NCBI GenBank assembly: GCA_964497665.1
Contig: CAZCDF010000001.1
Location: 1,957-65,956, forward strand
Length of the DNA stretch: 64,000 nucleotides
From: an uncultured Candidatus Planktophila sp.
Lineage (GTDB): Bacteria; Actinomycetota; Actinomycetes; Nanopelagicales; Nanopelagicaceae
Direction: 5' to 3'
The notes below the pieces were generated by a model. It was not told the origin of the DNA, made no database searches, and saw nothing but the letters and a program-made list of their open reading frames with translations. Position numbers and translations under genes: made by a program. This document shows positions 19,404 to 28,595 of this stretch, piece by piece (the stretch's first letter is position 1; each line of letters begins with the position of its first letter).

Positions 19404-20039
19404 TTACCAGTTGATCTCCTGCAACCCCTTCGAACGCAGCATTGCGTTAACCTGCGAAAAAGGAGAAGAGCCAAAGAATCCCCGATAGGCCGATAACGGA
19501 CTTGGATGCACCGAAGTGATTACAGATTGTTCATGAAAAAAAGGTTTGAGTGGAAGCGCAGCACTCCCCCATAAAACTGCGATCACATCCCTTTCGCCAA
19601 GAACCTGTGCAACTCTTTCGGTAATCTCCTGCCATCCTAGTTTTTCATGAGCCAAAGATTTCCCAATTTCAGTGCTCAATACTCGATTAATAAGCATCAC
19701 ACCTTGATCAGCCCAATCACTTAAATCACCATGTGTTCGAGTAATTCCGAGATCAGCGAATAACTCTTTGTAAATATTACGAAGAGATGCGGGCAGAGTG
19801 GTTATCGATGAATCAATTGAGAAGGCCAGGCCATGTGCATGCCCCTTGGTGGGATATGGGTCTTGTCCAAAGATGACAACTCTTGTTGATTCAATGGGCT
19901 GATTCAGCGCCCTAAAAATCAAGTTGTAATCGGGGGTTACCGATCTGTTGGTAATAAAGCTGTCGATGCTTTCAATTAAGGCTTTGTGTGAACCTAGTTC
20001 TACCTGCCACTGCGGATGTAGTTGTTCAAATAGTGGCAC
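19404..20039 (-). CDS. ung: Uracil-DNA glycosylase family 1
   Basis: GQDPYP (actinobacterial variant), AHGLAFS, SLRNIYKEL, HPSPLSAYRGF. Confidence 0.93.
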   Translation of the reverse strand: MPLFEQLHPQWQVELGSHKALIESIDSFITNRSVTPDYNLIFRALNQPIESTRVVIFGQDPYPTKGHAHGLAFSIDSSITTLPASLRNIYKELFADLGITRTHGDLSDWADQGVMLINRVLSTEIGKSLAHEKLGWQEITERVAQVLGERDVIAVLWGSAALPLKPFFHEQSVITSVHPSPLSAYRGFFGSSPFSQVNAMLRSKGLQEINW

Positions 20040-20814
20040 GAGCGAAGAACCGACCTGACTCAGGCGTCACGGAGATCGAGGTTCCAAAGACCGCTGAAAC
20101 ATGTTCAGAGGTTATGACCTGATCAATTGGTCCCGAGACTGCAATTGATCCATCTTTGATCAGGAGAGCATGGGTAGTACCAACTGGAATCTCTTCGATG
20201 TGATGAGTAACCAGTATGGTCGCGGGGGCCATAGGGTCTGCGGAGAAGTTTGCAAAACGTCGTAGTAGATCTTCACGTCCACCAAGATCTAAACCGGCTG
20301 CTGGCTCATCAAGCAGTAGTAGTTCCGGATCTGTCATCAAGGCCCGTGAGATCTGTACCCGCTTCTTTTCGCCTTCGCTCAAAGTTCCGTAGAGTCTGTC
20401 ACCCAACTCTCGAACGCCAAAGTTTGTTAAAAGCGCCATGGCGCGTGATTCATCCCAAAGGTCATAACTCTCATTCCATCGACCCAAGATCGCATACGCG
20501 GCGGTGAGGACAACATCCTTAACTGTTTCATCAGCAGGAATATCATCTGCAATTACTGAACCACAGAGACCAATCCGTGTGCGGAGTTCGAAAAGGTCAA
20601 CCTTGCCCATCTCTTTATCAAGCACAGTTACCGTGCCTTGGGTTGGAAAGATCTTGGTTGCAAGAATCTGCAGCAGGGTCGATTTACCAGCTCCATTGGG
20701 GCCAAGAACTACCCAACGTTCGCCGTGATTGATAGCAAAGTTGATCGGACCCAGAATGACGCGGTCACCTCTACGAACAGAGACCTCGTTAAGAGTCAAA
20801 ACAGTGCTACTCAT
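20026..20814 (-). CDS. Stand-alone ABC ATPase (ModF-like)
   Basis: GPNGAGKS, LSEGEKKR, LLLDEP, VTHH; start refined to ATG 20814. Confidence 0.85.
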   Translation of the reverse strand: MSSTVLTLNEVSVRRGDRVILGPINFAINHGERWVVLGPNGAGKSTLLQILATKIFPTQGTVTVLDKEMGKVDLFELRTRIGLCGSVIADDIPADETVKDVVLTAAYAILGRWNESYDLWDESRAMALLTNFGVRELGDRLYGTLSEGEKKRVQISRALMTDPELLLLDEPAAGLDLGGREDLLRRFANFSADPMAPATILVTHHIEEIPVGTTHALLIKDGSIAVSGPIDQVITSEHVSAVFGTSISVTPESGRFFARATI

Positions 20815-20899
20815 AGATGCAAAAGATACTGGGTCGGAGGCGAGATAGGGCGCAAACCTCACCAAAAGCATTAGTGATTCACGATAACCTTGCCCTCTT

Positions 20900-21415
20900 A
20901 TGACACAAGAAACCAAAAATCAGCAGATATTTTCAGGGTTGATCCTTCTTACAGGTGAGGATAAAGCTGGCTTGGCCGACTCTCTTTTCGAGACACTCTC
21001 ACCATTTGCTGTCTCTGTGATTGATATTGACCAAATCATTATCAAGGAGCGATTGTTTCTTACGGTGCATATTTCCTTAAACCCTGATCATCAAGAAGCT
21101 ATAGATGAAGATTTGAACCAGCTCGCCGAGCGGTTGCAGGTAGATATTGCCTCAATCTTTAGCCTTTCCCAGGCACCTCGCGATATAGAGAATCAGGCGG
21201 TTATTACGCTCTCTGCAACCAAGATGCTGCCACGTTATATGCGAACGGTAACTGCAGCCATTGTCTCTGCCGGTGGAAACATTGAGAGTTTGGATCGCAA
21301 GTCAACAACGCCCATGATCATCGATATGCGCATATCTGGTGTCGTATTGGACGCCTTAAAGCACTCCCTTTCTAATCTGACTCTCGAATCCGATCTGTCG
21401 ATCACAGTTGCATAG
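20900..21415 (+). CDS. Tandem ACT-domain protein, equivalent to the N-terminal regulatory half of actinobacterial SerB
   Basis: LTGEDKAGL..LF..L, IDIDQIII; second ACT-like segment GGNIESL; directly upstream of the serB catalytic gene. Confidence 0.7.
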   Translation: MTQETKNQQIFSGLILLTGEDKAGLADSLFETLSPFAVSVIDIDQIIIKERLFLTVHISLNPDHQEAIDEDLNQLAERLQVDIASIFSLSQAPRDIENQAVITLSATKMLPRYMRTVTAAIVSAGGNIESLDRKSTTPMIIDMRISGVVLDALKHSLSNLTLESDLSITVA

Positions 21416-21423
21416 AGAAGCAA

Positions 21424-22062
21424 ATGTCTTTTGTTAAGCGTTTAGTTCAGCTCGATGTTGATTCAACCTTCATTCAGCAGGAGGCGATCGAGCTTCTAGC
21501 TGCTAAAGCTGGAGCCTTGGAAGCGGTTAAGCAGATAACAGATGCCGCAATGAGGGGCGAGTTGGATTTTGCACAAAGTTTAGAATCACGAGTAAAGCTG
21601 CTAGCAGGGCTTCCGGATACAGTTTTTGCGGAGGTCCGATCTGAAATTACATTGACCGATGGAGCAGCAGAACTTGTTTCCTTATTGCATGAGAAGGGGC
21701 ACTGTGTTGCGCTCGTTTCAGGAGGCTTCACCAACATCTTGCAACCCATTGTTGCCGAGCTGGGAATCGATTTCTTCAGAGCTAATACTTTAGAGGTTGT
21801 AGCCGGAGTTCTCACCGGAAAAGTTGTTGGAGAGATCGTCGATCGTGCGGGAAAGGCAACTGCGCTTCGAGAGTTCGCGCAAGCTTGTCAGGTCCAGCTA
21901 AACGACACTGTGGCAATTGGTGATGGTGCAAATGATCTAGACATGATGGCACTAGCCGGGGTAAGTATCGCGTTTAATGCCAAGCCAATAGTTGCAGCAG
22001 CTGCAGATTACGAGATTAAAGAGCCATCTCTTGCATCAGTTGCAGATTTGATTGGGTTATAA
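21424..22062 (+). CDS. serB: Phosphoserine phosphatase, catalytic domain only
   Basis: DVDSTFIQQEAIE, AMRGELDF..SL..RV, VSGGF, GK, GDGANDL, FNAKP. Confidence 0.92.
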   Translation: MSFVKRLVQLDVDSTFIQQEAIELLAAKAGALEAVKQITDAAMRGELDFAQSLESRVKLLAGLPDTVFAEVRSEITLTDGAAELVSLLHEKGHCVALVSGGFTNILQPIVAELGIDFFRANTLEVVAGVLTGKVVGEIVDRAGKATALREFAQACQVQLNDTVAIGDGANDLDMMALAGVSIAFNAKPIVAAAADYEIKEPSLASVADLIGL

Positions 22063-22908
22063 CTAAAGCCGACAGGCGTGAATATCTGTAACGAGGATGC
22101 CACGAGCACCTATCGCCCACAACTCATCCATAACTCGATTTGTATCTTTGCGTAAAACCATTGCTCGAACCGCAACCCAATCCTGGCGCTGCAATGGAGA
22201 GATGGTAGGAGATTCCAAGCCTGGCGTAATGGCGCATGCTTGTTCAATCAAATCCTTTGAAACATCGTAATCCAAAAGTACATAACGGCGTGCCGTCACA
22301 ACACCTTGCAAACGACGAATCAAAACCTCTAACCCTTGCGGAGTTGAACTGCCGACTCTCTTAATCAACACCGCTTCGCTGGTCAAAATCGGATCTCCAA
22401 AGATAGAAAGACCAGCTTGGCGAAGAGTGTTACCTGTACTAACAACGTCGGCGATCAGATCGGCTACTCCCAAACGGACACTGCTTTCTACCGCACCATC
22501 TAAACGGACGATCTTTGCTGAGATACCTAACTTGCTCAGGCTATGTTCAACCAGACCTGGATATGCCGTTGCTACCCGCTTACCTGCTATATCGCTCTCC
22601 TGCCACTCCTTTCCAGAAGGTGCAGCGAAACGGAAGGTTGAGCCACCAAAATCAAGAGACAGTATCTCCTCTGCTTCTGCACCCGAGTCGATTAACAAAT
22701 CTCTACCTGTTATTCCAGCCTCTAACTCTCCAGAACCAACGTAAACAGCAATATCTCTTGGTCTTAAGTAGTAGAACTCAACTGAGTTTTCAGGATCGAT
22801 CAGTACAAGGTCACGGCTATCTGTTCGTTGACGGTAACCAGACTCTTTAAGAATCGCAATAGAGCTATCTGCCAGAGAGCCTTTATTAGGAACTGCTATT
22901 CGTAACAT
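22063..22908 (-). CDS. hisG: ATP phosphoribosyltransferase (long form)
   Basis: IAVPNKGSL, LRPRDI, ATAYP, GAVE, DVVSTGNTL, PGLESPTISPL. Confidence 0.95.
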   Translation of the reverse strand: MLRIAVPNKGSLADSSIAILKESGYRQRTDSRDLVLIDPENSVEFYYLRPRDIAVYVGSGELEAGITGRDLLIDSGAEAEEILSLDFGGSTFRFAAPSGKEWQESDIAGKRVATAYPGLVEHSLSKLGISAKIVRLDGAVESSVRLGVADLIADVVSTGNTLRQAGLSIFGDPILTSEAVLIKRVGSSTPQGLEVLIRRLQGVVTARRYVLLDYDVSKDLIEQACAITPGLESPTISPLQRQDWVAVRAMVLRKDTNRVMDELWAIGARGILVTDIHACRL

Positions 22909-22917
22909 TGGTTCTCC

Positions 22918-23181
22918 TTAAAGAAACTTGTAGATGTCGTTAATGGTCAAGCCACGAGCTAGCATCAAGGTTTGAAGATGATAGATAAGTTGGCTGATCT
23001 CCTCAGCTAATGCCTCATCAGTCTCATGCTCAGCGGCAAGCCATACCTCACCCGCCTCTTCTAGAATCTTTTTACCAATCGAGTGAACCCCTGCATCTAG
23101 AGCGGCAATCGTGCCAGAACCCTCAGGTCGCTCAATGGCTTTCGTACTTAACTCAAGCCATAACTCTTCAAAGGATTTCAT
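22918..23181 (-). CDS. hisE: Phosphoribosyl-ATP pyrophosphatase
   Basis: [31 protein letters not shown]. Confidence 0.93.
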   Translation of the reverse strand: MKSFEELWLELSTKAIERPEGSGTIAALDAGVHSIGKKILEEAGEVWLAAEHETDEALAEEISQLIYHLQTLMLARGLTINDIYKFL

Positions 23182-23199
23182 GGTCGTAGTTTACTGTAG

Positions 23200-23862
23200 C
23201 TAGAGCTTGCTCGTTGCGAATTTTCTGATGTCGACAACCATCTGTGCTGGATCTGCCGCATTGAAAACCGCGCTACCGACTACAAAGGTGTCTGCTCCAG
23301 CATCGAGTGCAATTTCAATAGTATTCATAGAAATACCGCCATCGACCTGCAGCCAGATAGGGCGATCCCCAATGATCTCTCTGGTGCGACGCACCTTATC
23401 CATCATGTTCTCCATGAACTTTTGACCACCAAAACCAGGTTCAACGGTCATGATCAAGAACATATCCACTAGCTCCAGATGCTGAATGTAATCTTCTATA
23501 GAGGTATTTGGCTTAATACCTAAGCTTGATCGAGAGCCAGCTGCGCGGATGTTTTTCAGGGTTTGAGGGATGTTGTTAGTGGCCTCTGCGTGGATAGTCA
23601 CCGATGCGCATCCAAGTTCAGCGTATTGCACCGCTATCTCATCAACATTTGCCACCATCAAGTGAGCATCAACCGCAAGGGAGGACTCGGTAATAATCTT
23701 TGAAGCGGCGGCAAAATCAAAGGTGAAATTTGGAACAAAAACATCATCCATAACATCGAGGTGAAGCAGATCTGAGACTTGTGCGATCGAATCTATCTCC
23801 TCATTTAAACGCGAAAAATCAGCGTTAAGGATGCTCGGCGTGATTCGTATTTCCCTACTCAT
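23200..23862 (-). CDS. rpe: Ribulose-phosphate 3-epimerase
   Basis: PSILNADF, HLDVMD..FVPN, DAHLM, MTVEPGFGGQ, VDGG. Confidence 0.95.
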   Translation of the reverse strand: MSREIRITPSILNADFSRLNEEIDSIAQVSDLLHLDVMDDVFVPNFTFDFAAASKIITESSLAVDAHLMVANVDEIAVQYAELGCASVTIHAEATNNIPQTLKNIRAAGSRSSLGIKPNTSIEDYIQHLELVDMFLIMTVEPGFGGQKFMENMMDKVRRTREIIGDRPIWLQVDGGISMNTIEIALDAGADTFVVGSAVFNAADPAQMVVDIRKFATSKL

Positions 23863-23871
23863 GCTGGGATT

Positions 23872-25227
23872 TTACTCGCTCTTCTTTTTGAAAAGAGCTA
23901 AGTACATAGCATCGGTGTCGGATCGATGTGTCCACAGCGACATCGCCATATCGCGCTCTGAGTTTTCAAGATTAGTCGGAAGGTATGGTGAGATATCCAA
24001 CTGCTCCATAGTCAGATGCTTTTTCTTGAGATCAGATACCTGAATTGATGTTTCAGCCAGATGAGGCGAGCAGGTTGCATAGCCAAGGACCCCTCCAACC
24101 TTGAGTGCCCGAACTGCAGATTCGATCAACTCTCGCTGAAGCTGAGTGAGCTCTCTGAGATCTTGCAGGGTGCGTCGCCAACGAACTTCCGGACGACGTC
24201 GTAGCGCACCTAAACCAGTGCACGGTGCATCAATCAAAATCGCATCAAACTTCTCATTGTGATCTCCGATTTCACGACCATCGCCTACTAATACCCGATC
24301 ACCATTGACAACTTGTCGTACCAAATCGGCACGAACAGCCGATACCTCATTAGCGGTAAAGGTGATGTTGCGTTGTCTGGCGATATTGGACAACAGCGCC
24401 GCTTTACCGCCGGGACCTGCGCACATGTCCAGCCAACTTTCCCCGCCCGCAGCGGCTGCGAAAACTAAGGCAACCAATTGGGATCCTTCATCCTGCACAC
24501 CAATTTTTCGTGACTTAATCAAATCGAGGGCTCCCGGATTTCCTTTCCAATGAGCTCCATAGGGTGAATATGTTGTTGGTTCAGCGCCAATGTCGATCAA
24601 ATCCGAAACGGTAGATAATCCTGGCCATGAAACTAAGGTGGGAGTTGCCGGTTCATTATTGATTGCAAGCGCACTCTCCACTTCATCCCAACTCTTCAAC
24701 AGATCGAAGTACGCCGAAACAATCCATTGTGGGTGGGAGTACTGAATCGAGAACCTCTCAACATGATCGGTGATCGCATCCAATGGTAAAAACCATTCCT
24801 CCCTGCTCTTTCGTGTGACATTGCGGAGCATGGCATTGACAAAGCTGGCCTTAGATTCCCCTAAACGTTTGCGGGCTACTTCAACGGTGGAAGCTACTGC
24901 TGCATGATCGGGAACTCGCATCTCGTGGATCTGATGAACACCCATGCGGCACACATCGACAATGCCGGGATCTACCTCAGACCATGGGCGATCGCTAATC
25001 TGAGAGAGAACCCAGTCATGCTTTCCCTGCATTCTGATGGTTCCATATAAAAGTTCAGTCACAAGGGACTTGTCTCGCTCATCCAACTTACTGGCGTTAA
25101 GAGCTTGAGGAAGAAGAAGATTGGAGTAACCCTCATTTCTATTCACCTCAGTTAGCAAGTCAAAGGCTAGAAGACGTGAAGCCTCGGGCTTGGGCGACTT
25201 AAAGGTGTTTCTCCGCGCCTCAGCCAA
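23872..25227 (-). CDS. rsmB: 16S rRNA m5C967 methyltransferase (Sun/Fmu)
   Basis: NusB-like N-terminus, VQDEGSQ, DMCAGPGGK, DAPCTG.G..RRRPE, YATCS; TTG start 25227 with SD-like GGGGA. Confidence 0.88.
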   Translation of the reverse strand: MAEARRNTFKSPKPEASRLLAFDLLTEVNRNEGYSNLLLPQALNASKLDERDKSLVTELLYGTIRMQGKHDWVLSQISDRPWSEVDPGIVDVCRMGVHQIHEMRVPDHAAVASTVEVARKRLGESKASFVNAMLRNVTRKSREEWFLPLDAITDHVERFSIQYSHPQWIVSAYFDLLKSWDEVESALAINNEPATPTLVSWPGLSTVSDLIDIGAEPTTYSPYGAHWKGNPGALDLIKSRKIGVQDEGSQLVALVFAAAAGGESWLDMCAGPGGKAALLSNIARQRNITFTANEVSAVRADLVRQVVNGDRVLVGDGREIGDHNEKFDAILIDAPCTGLGALRRRPEVRWRRTLQDLRELTQLQRELIESAVRALKVGGVLGYATCSPHLAETSIQVSDLKKKHLTMEQLDISPYLPTNLENSERDMAMSLWTHRSDTDAMYLALFKKKSE

Positions 25228-26128
25228 AGTATTCCCCACCCTGCAATCGCGCTCCACGCGCCCAATCAATTGAGCTCATCTCTTTCTTTCCGGCAGGAAT
25301 AACGGACAAGATTTCAATCGCGGTTTGATTTCCGCATCCGACAAAGACTTTTTTATCAAGAACAACTATCTCTCCTTGTTCAAGATGTATTTCATTATTG
25401 GAAATGGCAGCGGTGATCTTGAAAGGTTCACCATTCCAGATTGACCACGAACCTGGTTCATAGGTGAAAGCACGTATTGCATTGACCACGCTTTCAGCAC
25501 TTTGCGTGAAATCTAATTGAGCCTCTGCCTTAGATATCTTGGCGGCTAAGGTGGCAGTTCCGCTTTGGGGTGTTGGAGAAACACCATCAGAGATCATAGT
25601 TAAGGCACGATTAACAACCGCTGGACCTTCTTTAGCGAGCACAGAGAGTAATTCGAAACTGCGCCACGATGGATTAATCTGGATTGAAGACTGCGCGTAG
25701 ATAGGCCCTGTATCCATTCCCTTTTCTAACTGAAATACAGAAACACCGGTGACTGTGTCTCCATTCTGTAGACAACGTTGCGCAGGAGCTGCTCCCCTAT
25801 AGGCTGGCAATAGAGAGAAGTGAAGGTTGAGAAAACCATGCCGAGGAAGCTCCAAAATTTGTGGAGGCAGTAAAACTCCATAACCTATAGTGATTACACA
25901 ATCGAGGGTCTCCAGTGAACCAATTAAATCCAATGGGGTGTGGGGCTTAATGATTGGAATCGAGTGAAGCTCAGCCCAATCTGCAACAACGCTTTGCGTC
26001 ATAGCCCGACCGCGTCCAGCAGGTTTGTCAGGTTGGGTAATGATTAAGGCGATCTCATGATCACTGTGAAGTAACCATTCAAGAGTTGGAATCGCAACCT
26101 CCGGAGTAGCGGCTACTCCGAGACGCAT
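25220..26128 (-). CDS. fmt: Methionyl-tRNA formyltransferase
   Basis: TQPDKPAGRG, NLHFSLLP.YRGAAP, MDTGP; ATG overlaps the def stop (TAATG). Confidence 0.93.
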   Translation of the reverse strand: MRLGVAATPEVAIPTLEWLLHSDHEIALIITQPDKPAGRGRAMTQSVVADWAELHSIPIIKPHTPLDLIGSLETLDCVITIGYGVLLPPQILELPRHGFLNLHFSLLPAYRGAAPAQRCLQNGDTVTGVSVFQLEKGMDTGPIYAQSSIQINPSWRSFELLSVLAKEGPAVVNRALTMISDGVSPTPQSGTATLAAKISKAEAQLDFTQSAESVVNAIRAFTYEPGSWSIWNGEPFKITAAISNNEIHLEQGEIVVLDKKVFVGCGNQTAIEILSVIPAGKKEMSSIDWARGARLQGGEYFG

Positions 26129-26688
26129 TAGGTGTTCCGTCCGAAAATTGAGTGTGGCGAATCCTTTACCTGGATTGACTGACCTTTTTCTGAAGCAAGA
26201 TTGAACCAATCAGACTCACGAATCTCTTTCATCGCTAGTTTACGATCCTCTTTCGATAACTTATCGATAAAAAGAATTCCATTGAGATGATCGGTTTCAT
26301 GCTGAAGAGCGCGAGCTAAAAATTCACTTCCCTCTACAGTTATTGGCTCTCCATACATGTTGAAACCCTTGGCCACAGCCCTCATTGCTCTAGGGGTTTG
26401 GTAGCGCAGTTCAGGGAAGGAAAGACAACCCTCTTCCCCATCCTGCATCTCTTCGCTTAGAGTTAACGTTGGATTGATCAGATGACCTAGCGCTTCATCA
26501 ACATCCCAGACAAATACACGCAGAGGAACACCGATTTGTGGCGCCGCAAGACCGGCACCAGGAGCATCCAACATAGTGTCGGTTAAATCCTTCACTAAGA
26601 CCCTAAGCTCTTTATCGAAATCAACTACCGGTGATGCGGGAGTGGTGAGGACTGGATCACCAAAGTAACGAATCTCCTGAATCGACAT
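26128..26688 (-). CDS. def: Peptide deformylase
   Basis: GAGLAAPQIG, EGCLS, QHETDHLNG. Confidence 0.95.
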   Translation of the reverse strand: MSIQEIRYFGDPVLTTPASPVVDFDKELRVLVKDLTDTMLDAPGAGLAAPQIGVPLRVFVWDVDEALGHLINPTLTLSEEMQDGEEGCLSFPELRYQTPRAMRAVAKGFNMYGEPITVEGSEFLARALQHETDHLNGILFIDKLSKEDRKLAMKEIRESDWFNLASEKGQSIQVKDSPHSIFGRNT

Positions 26689-26708
26689 AGGTGCAGTCTA
26701 GCAATTAC

Positions 26709-28592
26709 CTATAGCGAATAAGGATCTATTCGCAGCGTTAGTAAATCCTTCTTAGAAATACTCCGCCTTCTCTGCAACTCATGCAGGGTGATAGCCAAGT
26801 GACTCCACTGTTCGCGAGCGACATGTAACACAATCTTGGCTTGATTCTTAGGCAATATGGTCGGTCCGTAAATTCGAACACTTGGAGGTAAACGACCCTC
26901 TGATTGGGCCTTGGTGAGACCTGTTGCTATTTGCGTCGATGCCGATGCATCCATAACCATAACCGCCGATAGGACAGTGGGAGGCAACTTCAACTCCGCT
27001 CTTTCTGCGAGTTCTCGCTTGAGTAAGGGCGCAACATTCCAACGGGCTACCGCAGCGGTGATCGGATGGGAATCATCGATAACAAGCAATACTTTGCCAG
27101 ATGGCTTAATGAGAGAAGCGCTTTCGAATATTAGCTCTCTTGCTCTTTCCTGGCTATTGATATCTGTGTGAGAGAAAAAACGTGTTGCATCTAGTACCAC
27201 AGTTGCTGCATACCCACCTGCAACCATTGGTTGGGCACCAGGTGTAGATAGAACTAATGATGGTTTGTTTTCAACTCTTTCTTTGATGACATCGCCTGCA
27301 GAGATAACAACTGGAAATCCGGGAAAGGCTCTTGATATCTCCTCAGCAGCACGTTCAATACCTCGACCAGCAAGGTACTGCTTGTCTCTGTTACAAAAGG
27401 CGCAACGCCATTCTTCGTAGGCAAGACCACAGTGCACGCAGGTGGGTGGAAGGTTTTTCGATGAAACACTTAATCGACCACCACATGTACAGAGCGCTAC
27501 ATTTCTACAGTGAGCACAGAGAAGTGCGTTTCCATATCCTTTTCGAGGTGCAATGAAAAGCACCGGACCTTTTATCAAAGCCTTTTTAATCTCTGAAAAG
27601 ATTCTTCCTGGTAACAGAGCGCCATCGGTTGGCGAAAATGCCTGGACCTCAACAGCTGTTTTCTGATTAAGGAACTTGATCTCCCCCGAATCAATATTAA
27701 ATGCGCTCCGTACTGAGGGGGCAAAGCCGGTCAGGATTAGCTGCATTCCTTCCAGCCGCTGACGCATTGTGGCGATAGTTGTTGTGTTCCAACCCGGGGA
27801 ACGTATTTCAAAATGATCCGGAGAGGACTCTTTGAAAATGATAATTGAAGCTAGATTCCTCACAGGAGCGAAGATAGCGCTGCGCGTTCCTACAACGACT
27901 GCACCATCAGTTCTCATCGCTAACAAGTAATTGCGATATCGCTCTTCGCGAGAAATCGAGCTAGTTAATGGAAGGACTGCATCAAACTGAGGTGCAAGAA
28001 GTTCGCGCAAACGTTCCACATCTTTTTCATCGGGAGCGATGATTAAAACGCTACCCTTTTTATGAACTTCCTTCACTAGCGAACTTATCTGCTCATAAGG
28101 CGATGTAAATGGAGTGAATGTCTTGAAGAATGATGAGGGTTTGACGGTTGCTTTGCTCACATCGGGGGTATTTGACTCAAACTCTTTATCTACCAATGCC
28201 ACCCTGGGAGGGATCGCTGAGCGAATCAGATCCCAAGGATTGCAACAGTAAAACTCTGAAGCTCGATCTATGAGTTCAAGGCTTTGAGGATTTGCTACTG
28301 CGTGCGGAGAAAGAACTTTGGTGATCGATTTCAAATCACCGGCGCGATCGGGCGCCGACACTCTGGAAACAACTAGACCTTCAGTCTCGCGCCCTCCAAA
28401 TGGAAGTTGAACACGAACACCAACCTTTACCAGAGCGCTCAATTTTGCTGGGACCGAGTAGTCATAGAGCTGATCGAGATGGAAAACCCCTGTGTCTACG
28501 CGGACCTTTGCGACAGGTAGTGACTCAGCTACTGGTCCTGACGGTGCAGGCGCAACCTCCGCCTTGAGACGAAATAGCCGAGGTGTTGCCAC
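26709..28592 (-). CDS. priA: Primosomal protein N' (helicase-degenerate actinobacterial type)
   Basis: HLDQLYDY 3'-binding domain, GVRV..PFG, VGTRSA.FAP, Cys-rich Zn region, LPP, RIDP; synteny metK-priA-def. Confidence 0.85.
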   Translation of the reverse strand: MATPRLFRLKAEVAPAPSGPVAESLPVAKVRVDTGVFHLDQLYDYSVPAKLSALVKVGVRVQLPFGGRETEGLVVSRVSAPDRAGDLKSITKVLSPHAVANPQSLELIDRASEFYCCNPWDLIRSAIPPRVALVDKEFESNTPDVSKATVKPSSFFKTFTPFTSPYEQISSLVKEVHKKGSVLIIAPDEKDVERLRELLAPQFDAVLPLTSSISREERYRNYLLAMRTDGAVVVGTRSAIFAPVRNLASIIIFKESSPDHFEIRSPGWNTTTIATMRQRLEGMQLILTGFAPSVRSAFNIDSGEIKFLNQKTAVEVQAFSPTDGALLPGRIFSEIKKALIKGPVLFIAPRKGYGNALLCAHCRNVALCTCGGRLSVSSKNLPPTCVHCGLAYEEWRCAFCNRDKQYLAGRGIERAAEEISRAFPGFPVVISAGDVIKERVENKPSLVLSTPGAQPMVAGGYAATVVLDATRFFSHTDINSQERARELIFESASLIKPSGKVLLVIDDSHPITAAVARWNVAPLLKRELAERAELKLPPTVLSAVMVMDASASTQIATGLTKAQSEGRLPPSVRIYGPTILPKNQAKIVLHVAREQWSHLAITLHELQRRRSISKKDLLTLRIDPYSL

Positions 28593-28595
28593 CGG

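Noticed and set aside
12234-20039. Prophage or integrative element at tRNA-Leu
   Set aside because: No integrase, no duplicated tRNA 3' end that I could find, and the cargo is housekeeping or metabolic
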